Assembly (NCBI GenBank): GCA_965207225.1
Contig: CBDBLV010000005.1
Location: 288,001 to 352,000, forward strand
DNA from: Dehalococcoidia bacterium
GTDB taxonomy: Bacteria; Chloroflexota; Dehalococcoidia; Plut-88900
DNA length: 64,000 nt
Direction: 5' to 3'
The stretch's first letter is position 1; every line of letters starts with the position of its first letter. A model generated the notes under the pieces. That model had not been told where the DNA came from and searched no databases. It saw only the letters and a program-made list of their open reading frames with translations. The translations under genes were made by a program, and so were the position numbers. Positions 48,715-59,299 of this stretch are shown here, piece by piece.

Positions 48715-50811
48715 ATGACCACCAATCGCCTCGCCCACGAATCCAGCGCCTACCTCAAAAGCGCCGCTCACCAACCCATCGACTGGCACCCCTGGGGCGA
48801 CGAACCCTTCCTCCTCGCCGCCCGACAGAATAAGCCCGTTCTCCTCGACATCGGCGCAGTTTGGTGCCACTGGTGCCACGTCATGGACCGCGAGAGCTAC
48901 GAAGACCCCGAAGTCGCCGCCATCATCAACGACCGTTTTATCGCCGTTAAGGTCGACCGGGACGAAAGGCCCGAGGTCGACCGCCGCTATCAGGGGGCTG
49001 TCGGGGCCATCACCGGCCAGGGTGGCTGGCCCCTCACCGCCTTCCTCACCGACAAGGGCCAGGTCTTCTACGGCGGCACCTACTTCCCCAAAAACGACAT
49101 GCACGGCAGGCCCGGCTACAAGACCCTCCTGGCCCGCATCAGCGACCTCTACAGGGACGACCGGAACTCCGCCCTGGAAAACGCCCGCAAGATTAAGGAG
49201 CACCTCGGCAAGCTCACCGTGCAGGCGGAGGACGGCCACGTGCTCCAAGACGCCGCCATCGACGCCGCCCTCGAGGCCATAGGCCAAGGCTTCGACATAG
49301 TCCACGGCGGATTTGGCCGCGCCCCGAAATTCCCTCACACCTCCGCTATCGAGCTAGCCCTTTCCCGACACTACGCCTCCGGCGAAGATTGGTTGAACAT
49401 CATCATCAACAAGACCCTGGACAAGATGGCCCTAGGCGGCGTCTACGATCAGCTCGGCGGCGGCTTCCACCGCTACTCCGTAGACGAACGCTGGATAGTC
49501 CCCCACTTCGAGAAGATGTCCTACGACAACTCGGAGCTGCTCAGGAACTATGTCCACGCTTACCAGGCCACGGGCTCGGCCCTGTTCAGGGAGGTCGCCG
49601 AGGGCATTGTCGCTTGGGTCTCAGAGGTCGCCTCAGACCCCGACCGCGGCGGCTTCTATGCCAGCCAGGACGCCGACGTCGGGCTCGATGACGACGGCGA
49701 CTATTTCACATGGACCCTTAAAGAGGTTGAACAGGCCCTCCCACCCGAGGACGCCCGCATCATCTCCCTCCACTACAACGTCGAGCCCCGCGGCGAAATG
49801 CACCACAACCCCGCTAAGAACGTCCTCTTCGTAGATGCCTCCCCCGACATCATCGCCCGCCGCATTGACCTCGAAGAGGATAACGTCACCGAACGCATCG
49901 CCGCCGCCAAAGAGACCCTGCTCCAGGCCCGTGCCCTTAGACCCGAGCCCTACGTCGACACCACCGTCTACTCCGGCTGGAACGGCATGATGGCCTCGGC
50001 CCACCTGGAGGCTTACAAGGGTCTCGGGTTTGAAAGTTGCCGAGAGTCTGCCCTGAAGGCCATTGACCGGCTCATAGACGAGGCTTACAAGCCCGGTCGG
50101 GGCTTCTTCCACAGCCTCGTAGACGGCGTGGCTAAGGTCGAAGGCCTCCTGGACGACCAGGTCCACATGGCCCGAGCCCTCCTCGACGCCCACGAAGCCA
50201 CCACCGAAACCCGCTACCTCACCCTTGCTCAAGAGCTGATGGACTTCACCATAGAGCACTTCTGGGACGACATCGAAGGTGGTTTCTTCGATCTGGCCGA
50301 CTTCAAACGGGGTTCGGTAGGGCTGGAAGAAGCCGACAAGCCCATACAGGACTCCCCCACCCCCGGCACCAACTCCTTAGCCGCCCTCACCCTCGACAGG
50401 CTCTTCTATCTCACCCATCGTGAGGAATATCGCGATAAAGCGGAACAAACCCTGAAGCTCTTCGGCCCGTTGGCCGGCCAGTACGGCCTCTTCGCCAGCA
50501 CCTACTTCCTTGCCCTCGACCAGCACCTCAACCCGCCCGCCCACGCCGTAATCGTCGGCCCCGACTCAGACCCCCTCACCCAAACCCTCTGGAAGAAGGC
50601 CCTCGCAACCTACCGACCCCACAAGATCGTCTCTTTCTATGACCCGGAAAAGAGTGACCCCTCCCTCCTCCCGCCCGCGGTGCAGGGCATGATGTCCAGG
50701 GATGTCGGGCCCCAAGCCTACGTCTGCGCCGGAAACACCTGCGCCCTCCCCACCAACGACCCCGCCGTCCTGGAGGCCAACCTCAGGACCTTCGGCCTCC
50801 CGACCCGCTAG
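48715..50811 (+). CDS. YyaL/SSP411 thioredoxin-domain protein
   Basis: NRLAHESSAYL, WCHWCHVM, PHFEKM. Confidence 0.93.
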   Translation: MTTNRLAHESSAYLKSAAHQPIDWHPWGDEPFLLAARQNKPVLLDIGAVWCHWCHVMDRESYEDPEVAAIINDRFIAVKVDRDERPEVDRRYQGAVGAITGQGGWPLTAFLTDKGQVFYGGTYFPKNDMHGRPGYKTLLARISDLYRDDRNSALENARKIKEHLGKLTVQAEDGHVLQDAAIDAALEAIGQGFDIVHGGFGRAPKFPHTSAIELALSRHYASGEDWLNIIINKTLDKMALGGVYDQLGGGFHRYSVDERWIVPHFEKMSYDNSELLRNYVHAYQATGSALFREVAEGIVAWVSEVASDPDRGGFYASQDADVGLDDDGDYFTWTLKEVEQALPPEDARIISLHYNVEPRGEMHHNPAKNVLFVDASPDIIARRIDLEEDNVTERIAAAKETLLQARALRPEPYVDTTVYSGWNGMMASAHLEAYKGLGFESCRESALKAIDRLIDEAYKPGRGFFHSLVDGVAKVEGLLDDQVHMARALLDAHEATTETRYLTLAQELMDFTIEHFWDDIEGGFFDLADFKRGSVGLEEADKPIQDSPTPGTNSLAALTLDRLFYLTHREEYRDKAEQTLKLFGPLAGQYGLFASTYFLALDQHLNPPAHAVIVGPDSDPLTQTLWKKALATYRPHKIVSFYDPEKSDPSLLPPAVQGMMSRDVGPQAYVCAGNTCALPTNDPAVLEANLRTFGLPTR

Positions 50812-51800
50812 TCCCCCTCCCGTCTCCCGACCCTCTCCACAAACTCACACACCGTCGGGCCATCGGCAGTTTCAGCGATCAACTTCGCTTCCGGCTCCGC
50901 GTACTTCTTCCTCACGTACCCCAGCGCAGCCCTCCGCCCCGACACCGCCACCGGCGCCACCGACGTGATCTTCCCCGCTTCCTTCCCATCTACTGTCAAC
51001 GTTGCACCGGGGTCCGGTATTTCACCATCTTCTAAACTCAACCTAGAAAGGTATCGCTTCACCTTCTCATAGGTGTTCAGCCGAGCCACTACTTCCTGCC
51101 CGACATAGCAACCCTTCGTGAAACTCACGGCCTCCCAAAGCCCGGCCTCCAGGGGGTTCACTTCCTCCCCCAACTCCGCCCCGAAAACCGGAGCCCCCAC
51201 CCCCACCCGGAACACCTCGTATGACTCCGAATCCATCTCCTGGGCACCTGCCACCACCAGCTCCTTCCACACCTCTCCCACCGAGCCCGAAGGTGCAATG
51301 ACGTTATACGCGCCCCCCATCCCCACACCACCCCTGTACACGATCGCCTCAACGCCCGCAATTGTTGCTTCAACACAGTGATAGGGTTCTAGCGCCGCTA
51401 CCCCCACCGCCTCCGCTCCCCGTGGCCCGATTACCAAGAGAAGGCCCTTCTCTTCCGTCACGTCCTCCAGCTCTATCTCCTCCCCGAATGTGAACTCCTC
51501 AATCCAATCGACGACCTTCTGCTGGTTTCCCGGCGAGGTCAGCACGAGCCAGTGGTCGGACATATATAGAATCGTAAGCAGGTCCACCACCCGCCCCTTG
51601 TTCGTCGTCAACACCGTCGCCACCCCCGACCCTGCAGGCCTCTCAACGACCTCATTCGTCGAAAGCCGGTCCACCAGGTCCAGCGCATCCTCTCCCGTCA
51701 TCCGCAGCACGCCGGGCATCGGTGGCCGGGCCACCGCCGCGGACTCCTCTGCGGCACTCATGGCTATATCGGTTGATGTAAGGTCTGCAGTCTGTGTCAT
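50808..51800 (-). CDS. ygfZ: YgfZ/GcvT folate-binding protein
   Basis: KGCYVGQEVVAR signature. Confidence 0.88.
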   Translation of the reverse strand: MTQTADLTSTDIAMSAAEESAAVARPPMPGVLRMTGEDALDLVDRLSTNEVVERPAGSGVATVLTTNKGRVVDLLTILYMSDHWLVLTSPGNQQKVVDWIEEFTFGEEIELEDVTEEKGLLLVIGPRGAEAVGVAALEPYHCVEATIAGVEAIVYRGGVGMGGAYNVIAPSGSVGEVWKELVVAGAQEMDSESYEVFRVGVGAPVFGAELGEEVNPLEAGLWEAVSFTKGCYVGQEVVARLNTYEKVKRYLSRLSLEDGEIPDPGATLTVDGKEAGKITSVAPVAVSGRRAALGYVRKKYAEPEAKLIAETADGPTVCEFVERVGRREGD

Positions 51801-51901
51801 CGCACTCGTCGTCCCAGGGATTTGTATATCAAATCCTAAAAGAAAGGGGCCTTCCTATCAACCGGAAGACCCCCGAGTCACCTCTTCTATGTGGCTTGCG
51901 T

Positions 51902-52249
51902 CTACACCGAGAAGGAGTTCCCGCACCCGCACGTCGTCTTGGCGTTCGGGTTCGTGAACTCGAAACCCTTGCCGTTCAGCCCTCCAGAGAAGTCCAGGAC
52001 CGTGCCCCCGAGATAGAACATGCTCTTGAAGTCCACGTACAGCTTCACGCCGTGCTCCTCGATGACTTTATCGTCCTTCTTTGGCGTCTCGGCGAAGCCC
52101 AGCTTGTACGTCAGCCCCGAGCAACCGCCGCCCTTGACCGACATTCGAAGGCCAAAGTCGTCGTAGCCTTCCTTGGAAGCAAGTTTCTGCATCTGCTTGG
52201 CGGCCTGCTCCGTTACGTGGATTGTGGGCAAAGTTGTTGCTGTTGTCAT
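51902..52249 (-). CDS. iscA: A-type Fe-S cluster carrier
   Basis: GGGCSG, CGCGNSF. Confidence 0.9.
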   Translation of the reverse strand: MTTATTLPTIHVTEQAAKQMQKLASKEGYDDFGLRMSVKGGGCSGLTYKLGFAETPKKDDKVIEEHGVKLYVDFKSMFYLGGTVLDFSGGLNGKGFEFTNPNAKTTCGCGNSFSV

Positions 52250-52313
52250 GGCTGCCTTCCGGCTGTTGGTGGAATTCCTCTATCGAGATTTTAGGAAGCA
52301 CAAGGCATCAATG

Positions 52314-53540
52314 TCAAGGATTGCGCCCCGATGCCAGGTTCCCCCGCCTGCTCGGCAGAAACCTCTCCGATCCCCCCGACGGCAGATGGTCCGCATATAC
52401 GCTCGGCTCGGACGACAGGAACCGCAATGCCCACCTGTACGCCGAGTCGGGGTTCTCTGCCGGCTGTCTCCCGTACCGGTAGTCGTGCAGCGCAATGAAG
52501 TCGTCCAGCTCCCCGATAAGCGTGTTCAGTCTTTCCAGTTGGTCCTTAAGGAATGCTCCTCCCGCCTCCCCATCGAGCAACTCCAATGCCCGAGTCAGGT
52601 GCCTCAAACACAGCAGGTCCCGCGCCCCGTACTCTCTGATCTGCGAAATCGCTTCATCCAAGGCCCGATTCTCCAGTTCATCGGATTTCTCGCACATCGG
52701 GCAACCCTTTTCCTTCGTTTGCCCTTCGGATCCCTCCGTCGGATCAAGGTGAGCAAAGAGCCTGCTGCCCGCCGTCTTGGTTCCCCGGTAATGGGCCAGG
52801 CAAAGCCCTAACCTGCCCGACATTGGCGCAGCCCAATCCCCCTCCAGCCTCAACAGCCGCTCACACACCGGACACCGCTCCGATGCATTGACGTAAATAC
52901 TCTCCGATCTCACCGGCACCGGAAACATACCCGGAATCGGCAAAACCGCCGCCTCCACCCGCCTTTCTCTGGCCTCCCTCGATAGACCCGCGTTCTGAAG
53001 CTCGTATAACCGGGACCGTGCCTCGGGTTTGCGCACCGCTGACACCATGCCCTCGAAATGCGCCCGACAAAACGGAAACCCCGATTCAAGCCAGTCCGGC
53101 GGCTTGTCAACCGTGGCCGCCAAGAGCAGTCGCGCCCGAGCCCTCCGCCCCGCACCCTTCGCAGTCTCACATGCCTGGCACTCCCGACCCAGCTCAAATC
53201 TCCATGGCGCCGTCCCAATCCACCTCTCCCCCGAACGCCCACTCTCCAGCGCCCGGGTCACGACCTTCACCAGGTGCTGGAACACCATCGCCACACCCAG
53301 CGAGTTCTTGATTACGTTCCGCGCCACCTCTACCGAGCGCCAGAGGTCGGCCGGACAGAGCCCGCCGGCAGCTATGAATTCATCACGGGTGTCGGGGTCG
53401 TTGACGTGCTCCCAGAGAAAGCTCCATATCCAGTTATATCGGGACTCCCCCTCGAAGGCACAGACGGGGCATATGTCCCCGGCACACGCTTTTTCTAGCT
53501 GGATAGTCAGGTAGTCGTTGGGCAGCGACCGCCGGAACAT
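52314..53540 (-). CDS. Cys-rich DUF6062-like protein with repeated CxxC units
   Basis: CPVC, VNDPDTR..GGLC, CQAC, FCRAH, CPVC, LCLAH, CPMC, LCLRH. Confidence 0.7.
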   Translation of the reverse strand: MFRRSLPNDYLTIQLEKACAGDICPVCAFEGESRYNWIWSFLWEHVNDPDTRDEFIAAGGLCPADLWRSVEVARNVIKNSLGVAMVFQHLVKVVTRALESGRSGERWIGTAPWRFELGRECQACETAKGAGRRARARLLLAATVDKPPDWLESGFPFCRAHFEGMVSAVRKPEARSRLYELQNAGLSREARERRVEAAVLPIPGMFPVPVRSESIYVNASERCPVCERLLRLEGDWAAPMSGRLGLCLAHYRGTKTAGSRLFAHLDPTEGSEGQTKEKGCPMCEKSDELENRALDEAISQIREYGARDLLCLRHLTRALELLDGEAGGAFLKDQLERLNTLIGELDDFIALHDYRYGRQPAENPDSAYRWALRFLSSEPSVYADHLPSGGSERFLPSRRGNLASGRNP

Positions 53541-53569
53541 GAACGAAAGGAAAGAAGGCAGGCCGGGGC

Positions 53570-55051
53570 TCACGGATAAAAAAGCTTCCGCGCTTCCCGA
53601 CGCAACTCGGCGCGGAAGTCCGGGTGCGCCACGCTGATCAATTCCTCGGCCCTCTGCCTGAACGTCTTGCCGAACAGGCTCGCCACCCCGTATTCCGTCA
53701 CCACGTAGTCCGCATACCCCCGAGGCACCGTGATCGCTGTCCCCGCCTCGTGTTGCGGCACGATACGCGACACCACCCCCTTCATCGCTGTCGACCTCAG
53801 GCACGTGATCGCCCGACCTCCTCGCGAGCTTAGCGCTCCCATGTGAAGCTCCGGCTGCCCTCCGGTCCCCGCTATCAACCTCCCCCCGAACACCGTTTCC
53901 GCAGTGATCTGCCCCGTCAGGTCTATGGCTATCGCACTGTTCACCGATACCATGTTGTCGTTCGCCGCCACGCTGGCCATGTTTACCACGTAGGACGTAT
54001 CCCTCAGCTCGAACATCGGGTTATTGTGTGCGAACTGGATCTCGTCCTGCGTGCAATTGGAAAGCGACGAGGCCACGTATTTCCCCGCGTGAAAGTTCTT
54101 GCGCTTGCCCGTAACTACTCCCTTACGCACGAGGTCGATCAGGCCCCTCGGTGACATCTCCGAATGGAACCCGAGGTCATGCTTTTCTTCCAGCACCCCC
54201 ATGCTCGGTAGCAGTGTGGACGGCGTCCCACCCCCGACCTGAAGGCAAGACCCATCGGTAATAAGCTCCGCGACCTGCCGGCATATTGCCAGGGCTACAG
54301 GCTCCGGCTCACTTTGAAACCCCATCGATTCAGCCCATCGCCGCATCGCTTGGGCTTCCATATTCGTCAGCTTCGGAATTAGCTCGTAGCGCCTCAATGG
54401 CTCTATCCGGCTGGATATGGCCTTCAGCTCCTCCTTCGCCTCTTCGTCCTCCATGCCCCGGATAATCGACTCCATCTCTTCATCGGGCATCGCCCTCGAC
54501 GAGTTATCTACGAACCGGTCAATCTCGGATACATGGATATAGTTGGTTCCATACGTCCGGATGTAGGTATCGTTGACCTCTGCCAGCACCACCTTGGCGT
54601 GTCTGGCCAGTTGCCTCTTGTACCACAGGTACGGCCCGAAACTGCAATATCCGTTCTTGTCCGGCGGCGACACCGTGCACATAAACACATCAACGGGCGG
54701 AGCGTCAGCGCGGCGGTCGTCCAACGGCTTGTGCCATAGGGAGAACAGTGAAGGCAGATAGTCGCCCCGCCTCTCGTCGATCATCATCCCACCCCCACTC
54801 ATCCCCACATGGACGGTCAGCGTAGTGGATAACGACCCCTCCTGTCCCGGCTCATACCACGGCATGTCGTAGGCCGGCTCGGACATAACAGTCTCAACGC
54901 CCTTCAGTTCGGTCCAACGCTCCCCCAGCGCCGGCGGCAAAACCGAGGGCGTCGGCGACATGGCTATCTCCACCCTGTCCCCCGACTTCACCAGCTTCAC
55001 CGCCTCGTCCGCGCTGACCAGCTTCCGCTTGTAGTGCTCTTGCCAGTCCAT
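53570..55051 (-). CDS. Acetyl-CoA hydrolase/transferase (4-hydroxybutyrate CoA-transferase-like)
   Basis: VSPPDKNGYCSFG, HSEM, GTGGQ, VVTEYG, AHPDFR. Confidence 0.92.
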   Translation of the reverse strand: MDWQEHYKRKLVSADEAVKLVKSGDRVEIAMSPTPSVLPPALGERWTELKGVETVMSEPAYDMPWYEPGQEGSLSTTLTVHVGMSGGGMMIDERRGDYLPSLFSLWHKPLDDRRADAPPVDVFMCTVSPPDKNGYCSFGPYLWYKRQLARHAKVVLAEVNDTYIRTYGTNYIHVSEIDRFVDNSSRAMPDEEMESIIRGMEDEEAKEELKAISSRIEPLRRYELIPKLTNMEAQAMRRWAESMGFQSEPEPVALAICRQVAELITDGSCLQVGGGTPSTLLPSMGVLEEKHDLGFHSEMSPRGLIDLVRKGVVTGKRKNFHAGKYVASSLSNCTQDEIQFAHNNPMFELRDTSYVVNMASVAANDNMVSVNSAIAIDLTGQITAETVFGGRLIAGTGGQPELHMGALSSRGGRAITCLRSTAMKGVVSRIVPQHEAGTAITVPRGYADYVVTEYGVASLFGKTFRQRAEELISVAHPDFRAELRREARKLFYP

Positions 55052-55058
55052 CAGCGGT

Positions 55059-56540
55059 TCACGGGTAGAATAGCTTTTGGGCTTCCTGTCGTAGTTCCGC
55101 CCGGAAGTCAGGGTGGGCGACGTTGATTAGCTCCTCCGCCCTTTGCCGGAAGGTCTTGCCCAGCAGGCTGGCCACCCCGTATTCCGTCACCACGTAGTCC
55201 GCAAACCCCCGGGTCACCGTGATTCCCGCTCCGGCGTCGTGTTGCGGCACGATCCTAGATACCACACCCCCCATCGCCGTAGACCTCAAACACGTGATCG
55301 CCCGACCTCCCCTGGAGTTTATGGCCCCCATGTGCAGCTCCGGCTGCCCTCCCGTCCCCGCAATCAACCTCCCCCCGAACACCGTCTCGGCGGTTATCTG
55401 GCCCGTCAGGTCTATCGCCAGCGCGCTGTTTATGGACACCATGTTGTCGTTGGCCGCCACGTTGGCGATGTTTACGACATAGTGAGAGTCGTAAAGCTCG
55501 AACATCGGATTGTTGTGTGCAAACCTGATTTCGTCTTGCGTACATGCCGTCAGCGCCGAGACTATGTACTTCCCCGGATGAAAATTCTTCCGCTTCCCCG
55601 TGACCACCCCTTTGCGCACCAGCTCCACCAGCCCCCGAGCAGACATCTCCGAATGCACCCCCAGGTGGTGCTTCTCGTCCAGCACCCCCATCCCCGGTAT
55701 CAGCGTCGATGGTGTCCCTCCGCCTACCTGCAGGCACGACCCGTCTGGTATAAGCTCGGCTACGTACTGCCCGATTGTGAGGGCTATCGGTTCCGTTTCG
55801 CTCTGGTACCCGTAGACCTGGGCCCATGCCCGGATCGTGGCGCCGTCCATCAGCGCCAGCTTGGGTATGAAGTCGTACCGACGCTCGATTTCCACCCGCT
55901 CCGATACTGCCCTCAGTTCCCGGCTCCCCTCCTCGTCCGGCATACCCTGGATGATTTGCTCCAACTCCTCGTCAGGCATGATCTTCGGAGAGTTATCAAC
56001 GAACCGGTCTACCTCCGACACATGGATGTAGTTCGTCCCGTGTGTCCTGATGAACGTATCGTCCACCTCTGCCAGCACTACCTTCGCATGTCTCGCCAGC
56101 ACGCGCTTGTTCCATAAATGCCCCCCGAAGCTGCAGTACCCGTTCTTGTCCGGCGGAGACACGGTGCACATGAAAACGTCGATAGGCGGCGCAGTCTCGG
56201 GTCTGTCGATGTGTGGCTTGTGCCACAGCGAGAATAGAATCGGGTAGTAATCGGACCGTTTCTCATCGATTACCGGCCTTGCCCCCCCCATCCCCACGTG
56301 GACCTCCAGCGTCGATGAAAACGACTCCTCGAACCCCGGCTCGAACCAGGGCATCGGGTACGTCGGCTCCGGCATCACTGTCTCGACGCCACGCAACTCC
56401 CCCCTGCGTTTATGAAGGGCCGGTGGCAGCAGCGATGGCGTCGGAAAGATGGATATCTCCACCCTGTCCCCCGACTTCACCATCCCCACAGCATCCTCCG
56501 CCGAAACCAGCTTCCGCTTATATTCTTCTCGCCAGTTCAT
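55059..56540 (-). CDS. Acetyl-CoA hydrolase/transferase, tandem paralog
   Basis: Same length (493 aa) and motifs as neighbour. Confidence 0.92.
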   Translation of the reverse strand: MNWREEYKRKLVSAEDAVGMVKSGDRVEISIFPTPSLLPPALHKRRGELRGVETVMPEPTYPMPWFEPGFEESFSSTLEVHVGMGGARPVIDEKRSDYYPILFSLWHKPHIDRPETAPPIDVFMCTVSPPDKNGYCSFGGHLWNKRVLARHAKVVLAEVDDTFIRTHGTNYIHVSEVDRFVDNSPKIMPDEELEQIIQGMPDEEGSRELRAVSERVEIERRYDFIPKLALMDGATIRAWAQVYGYQSETEPIALTIGQYVAELIPDGSCLQVGGGTPSTLIPGMGVLDEKHHLGVHSEMSARGLVELVRKGVVTGKRKNFHPGKYIVSALTACTQDEIRFAHNNPMFELYDSHYVVNIANVAANDNMVSINSALAIDLTGQITAETVFGGRLIAGTGGQPELHMGAINSRGGRAITCLRSTAMGGVVSRIVPQHDAGAGITVTRGFADYVVTEYGVASLLGKTFRQRAEELINVAHPDFRAELRQEAQKLFYP

Positions 56541-56707
56541 GTTTATATCTATTCAAATTTTATGTTACTTCATTATATGATTATGCCCGCGAAGTAACCC
56601 AGTCAATTTGCTGACAGCGGGCTGGGCAGCTCCCCCGAAGTGTGCAGGCCCCACCAGTCCCGCATTCTCATTCCCTAAATATCCGTAAAAGTGGAGGCAA
56701 TAATAGG

Positions 56708-59068
56708 ATGAAGAAGAGACGTATTGCACTTCCCGTCATGGCTATAATAGTCATGGTCACGCTGGCCGCCGTTGGCAGCGGGTTCACCTTGGACAACACG
56801 GCTCAGTCCGAGATGAGCCTCCCCCTCCCCGCCCCCACCAACGTGCAGGTGGTCAATGGCGACAATCCCGGCGAGGTGGTGGTGTCCTGGGACGAGGTTC
56901 CCGGCGCCTCCGGTTACCACATCCAATGGGTGGACCAGGACGCCGCTTGGGACACTCACTACGCAGGCCATGACTGGCAGCGCCTCATCCTGTCCTTTGA
57001 AGTTGCGGGGAGCGAAACCACTTCCCATACTCTGATGGTCAGCAACCCGACTACCGGTGCGGTGCAGTACCAGTTCAGAGCAGGCAGCAAGGGCGTCTCC
57101 AACGCAGAACCCGCAACTTGGTCGGTGTGGCAGGGACTGGAGGTGCAGGGAGACGCCGACAAGGACCTTCAGGCTCTCGCCGCCGCGATTCGTATTTCAA
57201 GGCTCGCCGGGCAGTTGGTTGCCTTGTCCGGCCCTACTACCACTTCTATGACCCAGGACGCCCTCGACCAATCTGGGGCAGCAATCGCTGGCCACAAGGC
57301 CGACCTCGCTGCTCAACTGAAAGTACTGGCCGGAACCGGCTATGACGCTCGGGCCGGCGAGATTGAAAGATTAGTCAACAATTTGGGATCTAACGCGGAC
57401 CTTATCCAGGAAGGCAGAGGCCCATTGCTGGCTGAGCTCCTTTTGGGGATAAGAAACTGGCAGAGCGTGACTATAGACAGCACCATAAAAATAGTCCCTG
57501 CCGCCGAGACCATACTCGATGACGAGTTCTATGACCTCGTCACCGGTGCCGATGATGCGGGATCAGCCCATCTCTCCAACCTCGACCTTCTCCGCTACTC
57601 CCATCTGAAAAATTTGACGACAACCTTGGACCTCGCAACTCCCACTCTCCTGGGCGCCAGCACGCAGGATAATCCTGCCCTGGCAGGCCAACTCCACGAA
57701 TTATTTGACGGGAGGGCTGCCGCTGCTGCCCGCGACATTGAATTTCTGAAGGAGCTTGAGGACCCTCGATTGGCGGACGTGCTCCGCCTCATTGAGGAAA
57801 TGTTTGCCCGCGGGCAGGGGGATAAGAACCTCTGGGATGGCTTGTATCGTCGGCTTGGCTTGATAACGCGGGAAAGAGTCCTGGTTGCGAACGTCGCCAA
57901 CATTCAGCAACAGTTGCTCGGTGAAATTAACGGCCTCGTGGCCGACGTTCAGGGCGACCCACAACCCTCGACAACTCCCCTGGTCGAAGCTGGCGAGCCC
58001 GGCATTACTGACAATGAGATTAAGTTCGGGCAATCGGCTGTTTTGACGGGGCCCACTGCCGCATTGGGTGAAGGGATGCGGCTCGGCGTCCAGGCTGCCT
58101 TCCACGAAGTGAACCAGGCAGGCGGGATCCATGGCCGACAGCTGACCCTCAAGACCCTCAACGACCATTACGAACCCTTCTTTGCCTTTTCCGCCACCAG
58201 TCAGCTGGTCAATAGGGACCGTGTATTCGGGATGATCGGCGCCGTGGGCACGCCCACTACTCGTGCTGCCCTGCCCTCGGTGGAAGCCGGCCATGTTCCT
58301 TTCGTAGGAGCGTTCACCGGAGCCCAGCTGATCCGGCGCGATGATCAGACTTACGTCCTCAACGTGCGGGCCTCCTACCACGACGAAGCCAGGGCAATGG
58401 TGGATTCCCTGGAAGAAATGGGCAAGACCAGGGTGGCGGTCCTCTATCAGAACGACTCCTTCGGCCTTGACGGCCTGATAGGCGTGGAAAAGGCGCTGCA
58501 AGGGCGCGATGACATGGAACTGGTGGCTTCCTGGTATTACGTCCGCAACACCTCCGCTGTGAAGTCGGCAGCCTATCGTATCGCCAATGCCAATCCCGAC
58601 GCAGTCATCATCGTCGGGTCTTACACTCCGGCGGCCGAATTCATCAGGTACACCCGCCTCAGGCTTGCCGATGCCCCCATCTTTATGGCCGTCTCATTCG
58701 TTAGCAGCGACGCACTCAAGGACCGCCTTGAAGAACTCGACCAATCCCTGGCAGACGTTTACGTGACCGAGGTGACGCCTTCGCCCTACGATGAAAGCAA
58801 CCCCTTGGTTGCCGGGTATCAAGCCGCCCTGTCCGCATTCGACCCAGAGGCGGAACCCGGTTTCACCTCCCTCGAAGGCTATATGGCCGGACGCCTGGCC
58901 ATCGCACGGTTGCAGGAGTGCGGCCCCGATGTCACTCGGGAATGCTTCCTTGACGTCTTTGATGAGACCACAACTGTAGACATAGACGGCCTCCAACTCG
59001 AATTCGGGCCCATGGATAACCAGGGCTCTGACAACGTGTCCCTGATGGCCATTCAGCAGGAGGACTAG
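56708..59068 (+). CDS. Secreted FN3 + helical domain + type I periplasmic binding protein fusion
   Basis: Signal peptide; PAPTNV..VSWDEVPGASGY (FN3); GITDNEIKFGQSAVLTGP, VGTPT, RASY. Confidence 0.82.
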   Translation: MKKRRIALPVMAIIVMVTLAAVGSGFTLDNTAQSEMSLPLPAPTNVQVVNGDNPGEVVVSWDEVPGASGYHIQWVDQDAAWDTHYAGHDWQRLILSFEVAGSETTSHTLMVSNPTTGAVQYQFRAGSKGVSNAEPATWSVWQGLEVQGDADKDLQALAAAIRISRLAGQLVALSGPTTTSMTQDALDQSGAAIAGHKADLAAQLKVLAGTGYDARAGEIERLVNNLGSNADLIQEGRGPLLAELLLGIRNWQSVTIDSTIKIVPAAETILDDEFYDLVTGADDAGSAHLSNLDLLRYSHLKNLTTTLDLATPTLLGASTQDNPALAGQLHELFDGRAAAAARDIEFLKELEDPRLADVLRLIEEMFARGQGDKNLWDGLYRRLGLITRERVLVANVANIQQQLLGEINGLVADVQGDPQPSTTPLVEAGEPGITDNEIKFGQSAVLTGPTAALGEGMRLGVQAAFHEVNQAGGIHGRQLTLKTLNDHYEPFFAFSATSQLVNRDRVFGMIGAVGTPTTRAALPSVEAGHVPFVGAFTGAQLIRRDDQTYVLNVRASYHDEARAMVDSLEEMGKTRVAVLYQNDSFGLDGLIGVEKALQGRDDMELVASWYYVRNTSAVKSAAYRIANANPDAVIIVGSYTPAAEFIRYTRLRLADAPIFMAVSFVSSDALKDRLEELDQSLADVYVTEVTPSPYDESNPLVAGYQAALSAFDPEAEPGFTSLEGYMAGRLAIARLQECGPDVTRECFLDVFDETTTVDIDGLQLEFGPMDNQGSDNVSLMAIQQED

Positions 59069-59132
59069 CGCCTACTGGCCCATGGGCATCGAACCTTGGA
59101 CTCGCGCCATCGCGCTGCGGTCAAAGCGGTTT

Positions 59133-59170
59133 TATCCATAGGGGCGAATAACCATTCGCCCCTATGGATA
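59133..59170. terminator. Perfect 17-bp hairpin between convergent genes
   Basis: TATCCATAGGGGCGAAT-AACC-ATTCGCCCCTATGGATA. Confidence 0.75.
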
Positions 59171-59299
59171 CATCATCCTCTCCGCCTCCCGACGCAGTTC
59201 TGCCCTGAAGTCCGGGTGCGCAATGCTGATTAGCTCCTCCGCCCTCTGCCGGTTCGACTTCCCCATCAGCTGCGCCACCCCGAACTCCGTTATCACGGT
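59162..59299 (-). pseudogene. 3' fragment of a third acetyl-CoA hydrolase/transferase, cut by the integrated element
   Basis: [45 protein letters not shown] matches C-termini of 53570 and 55059 genes. Confidence 0.9.

Noticed and set aside
56600-56665. Riboswitch upstream of the binding-protein fusion
   Set aside because: A GCGGG-CTGG/CCAG-T-CCCGC stem exists, but I found no convincing cobalamin, TPP, SAM or other aptamer consensus.
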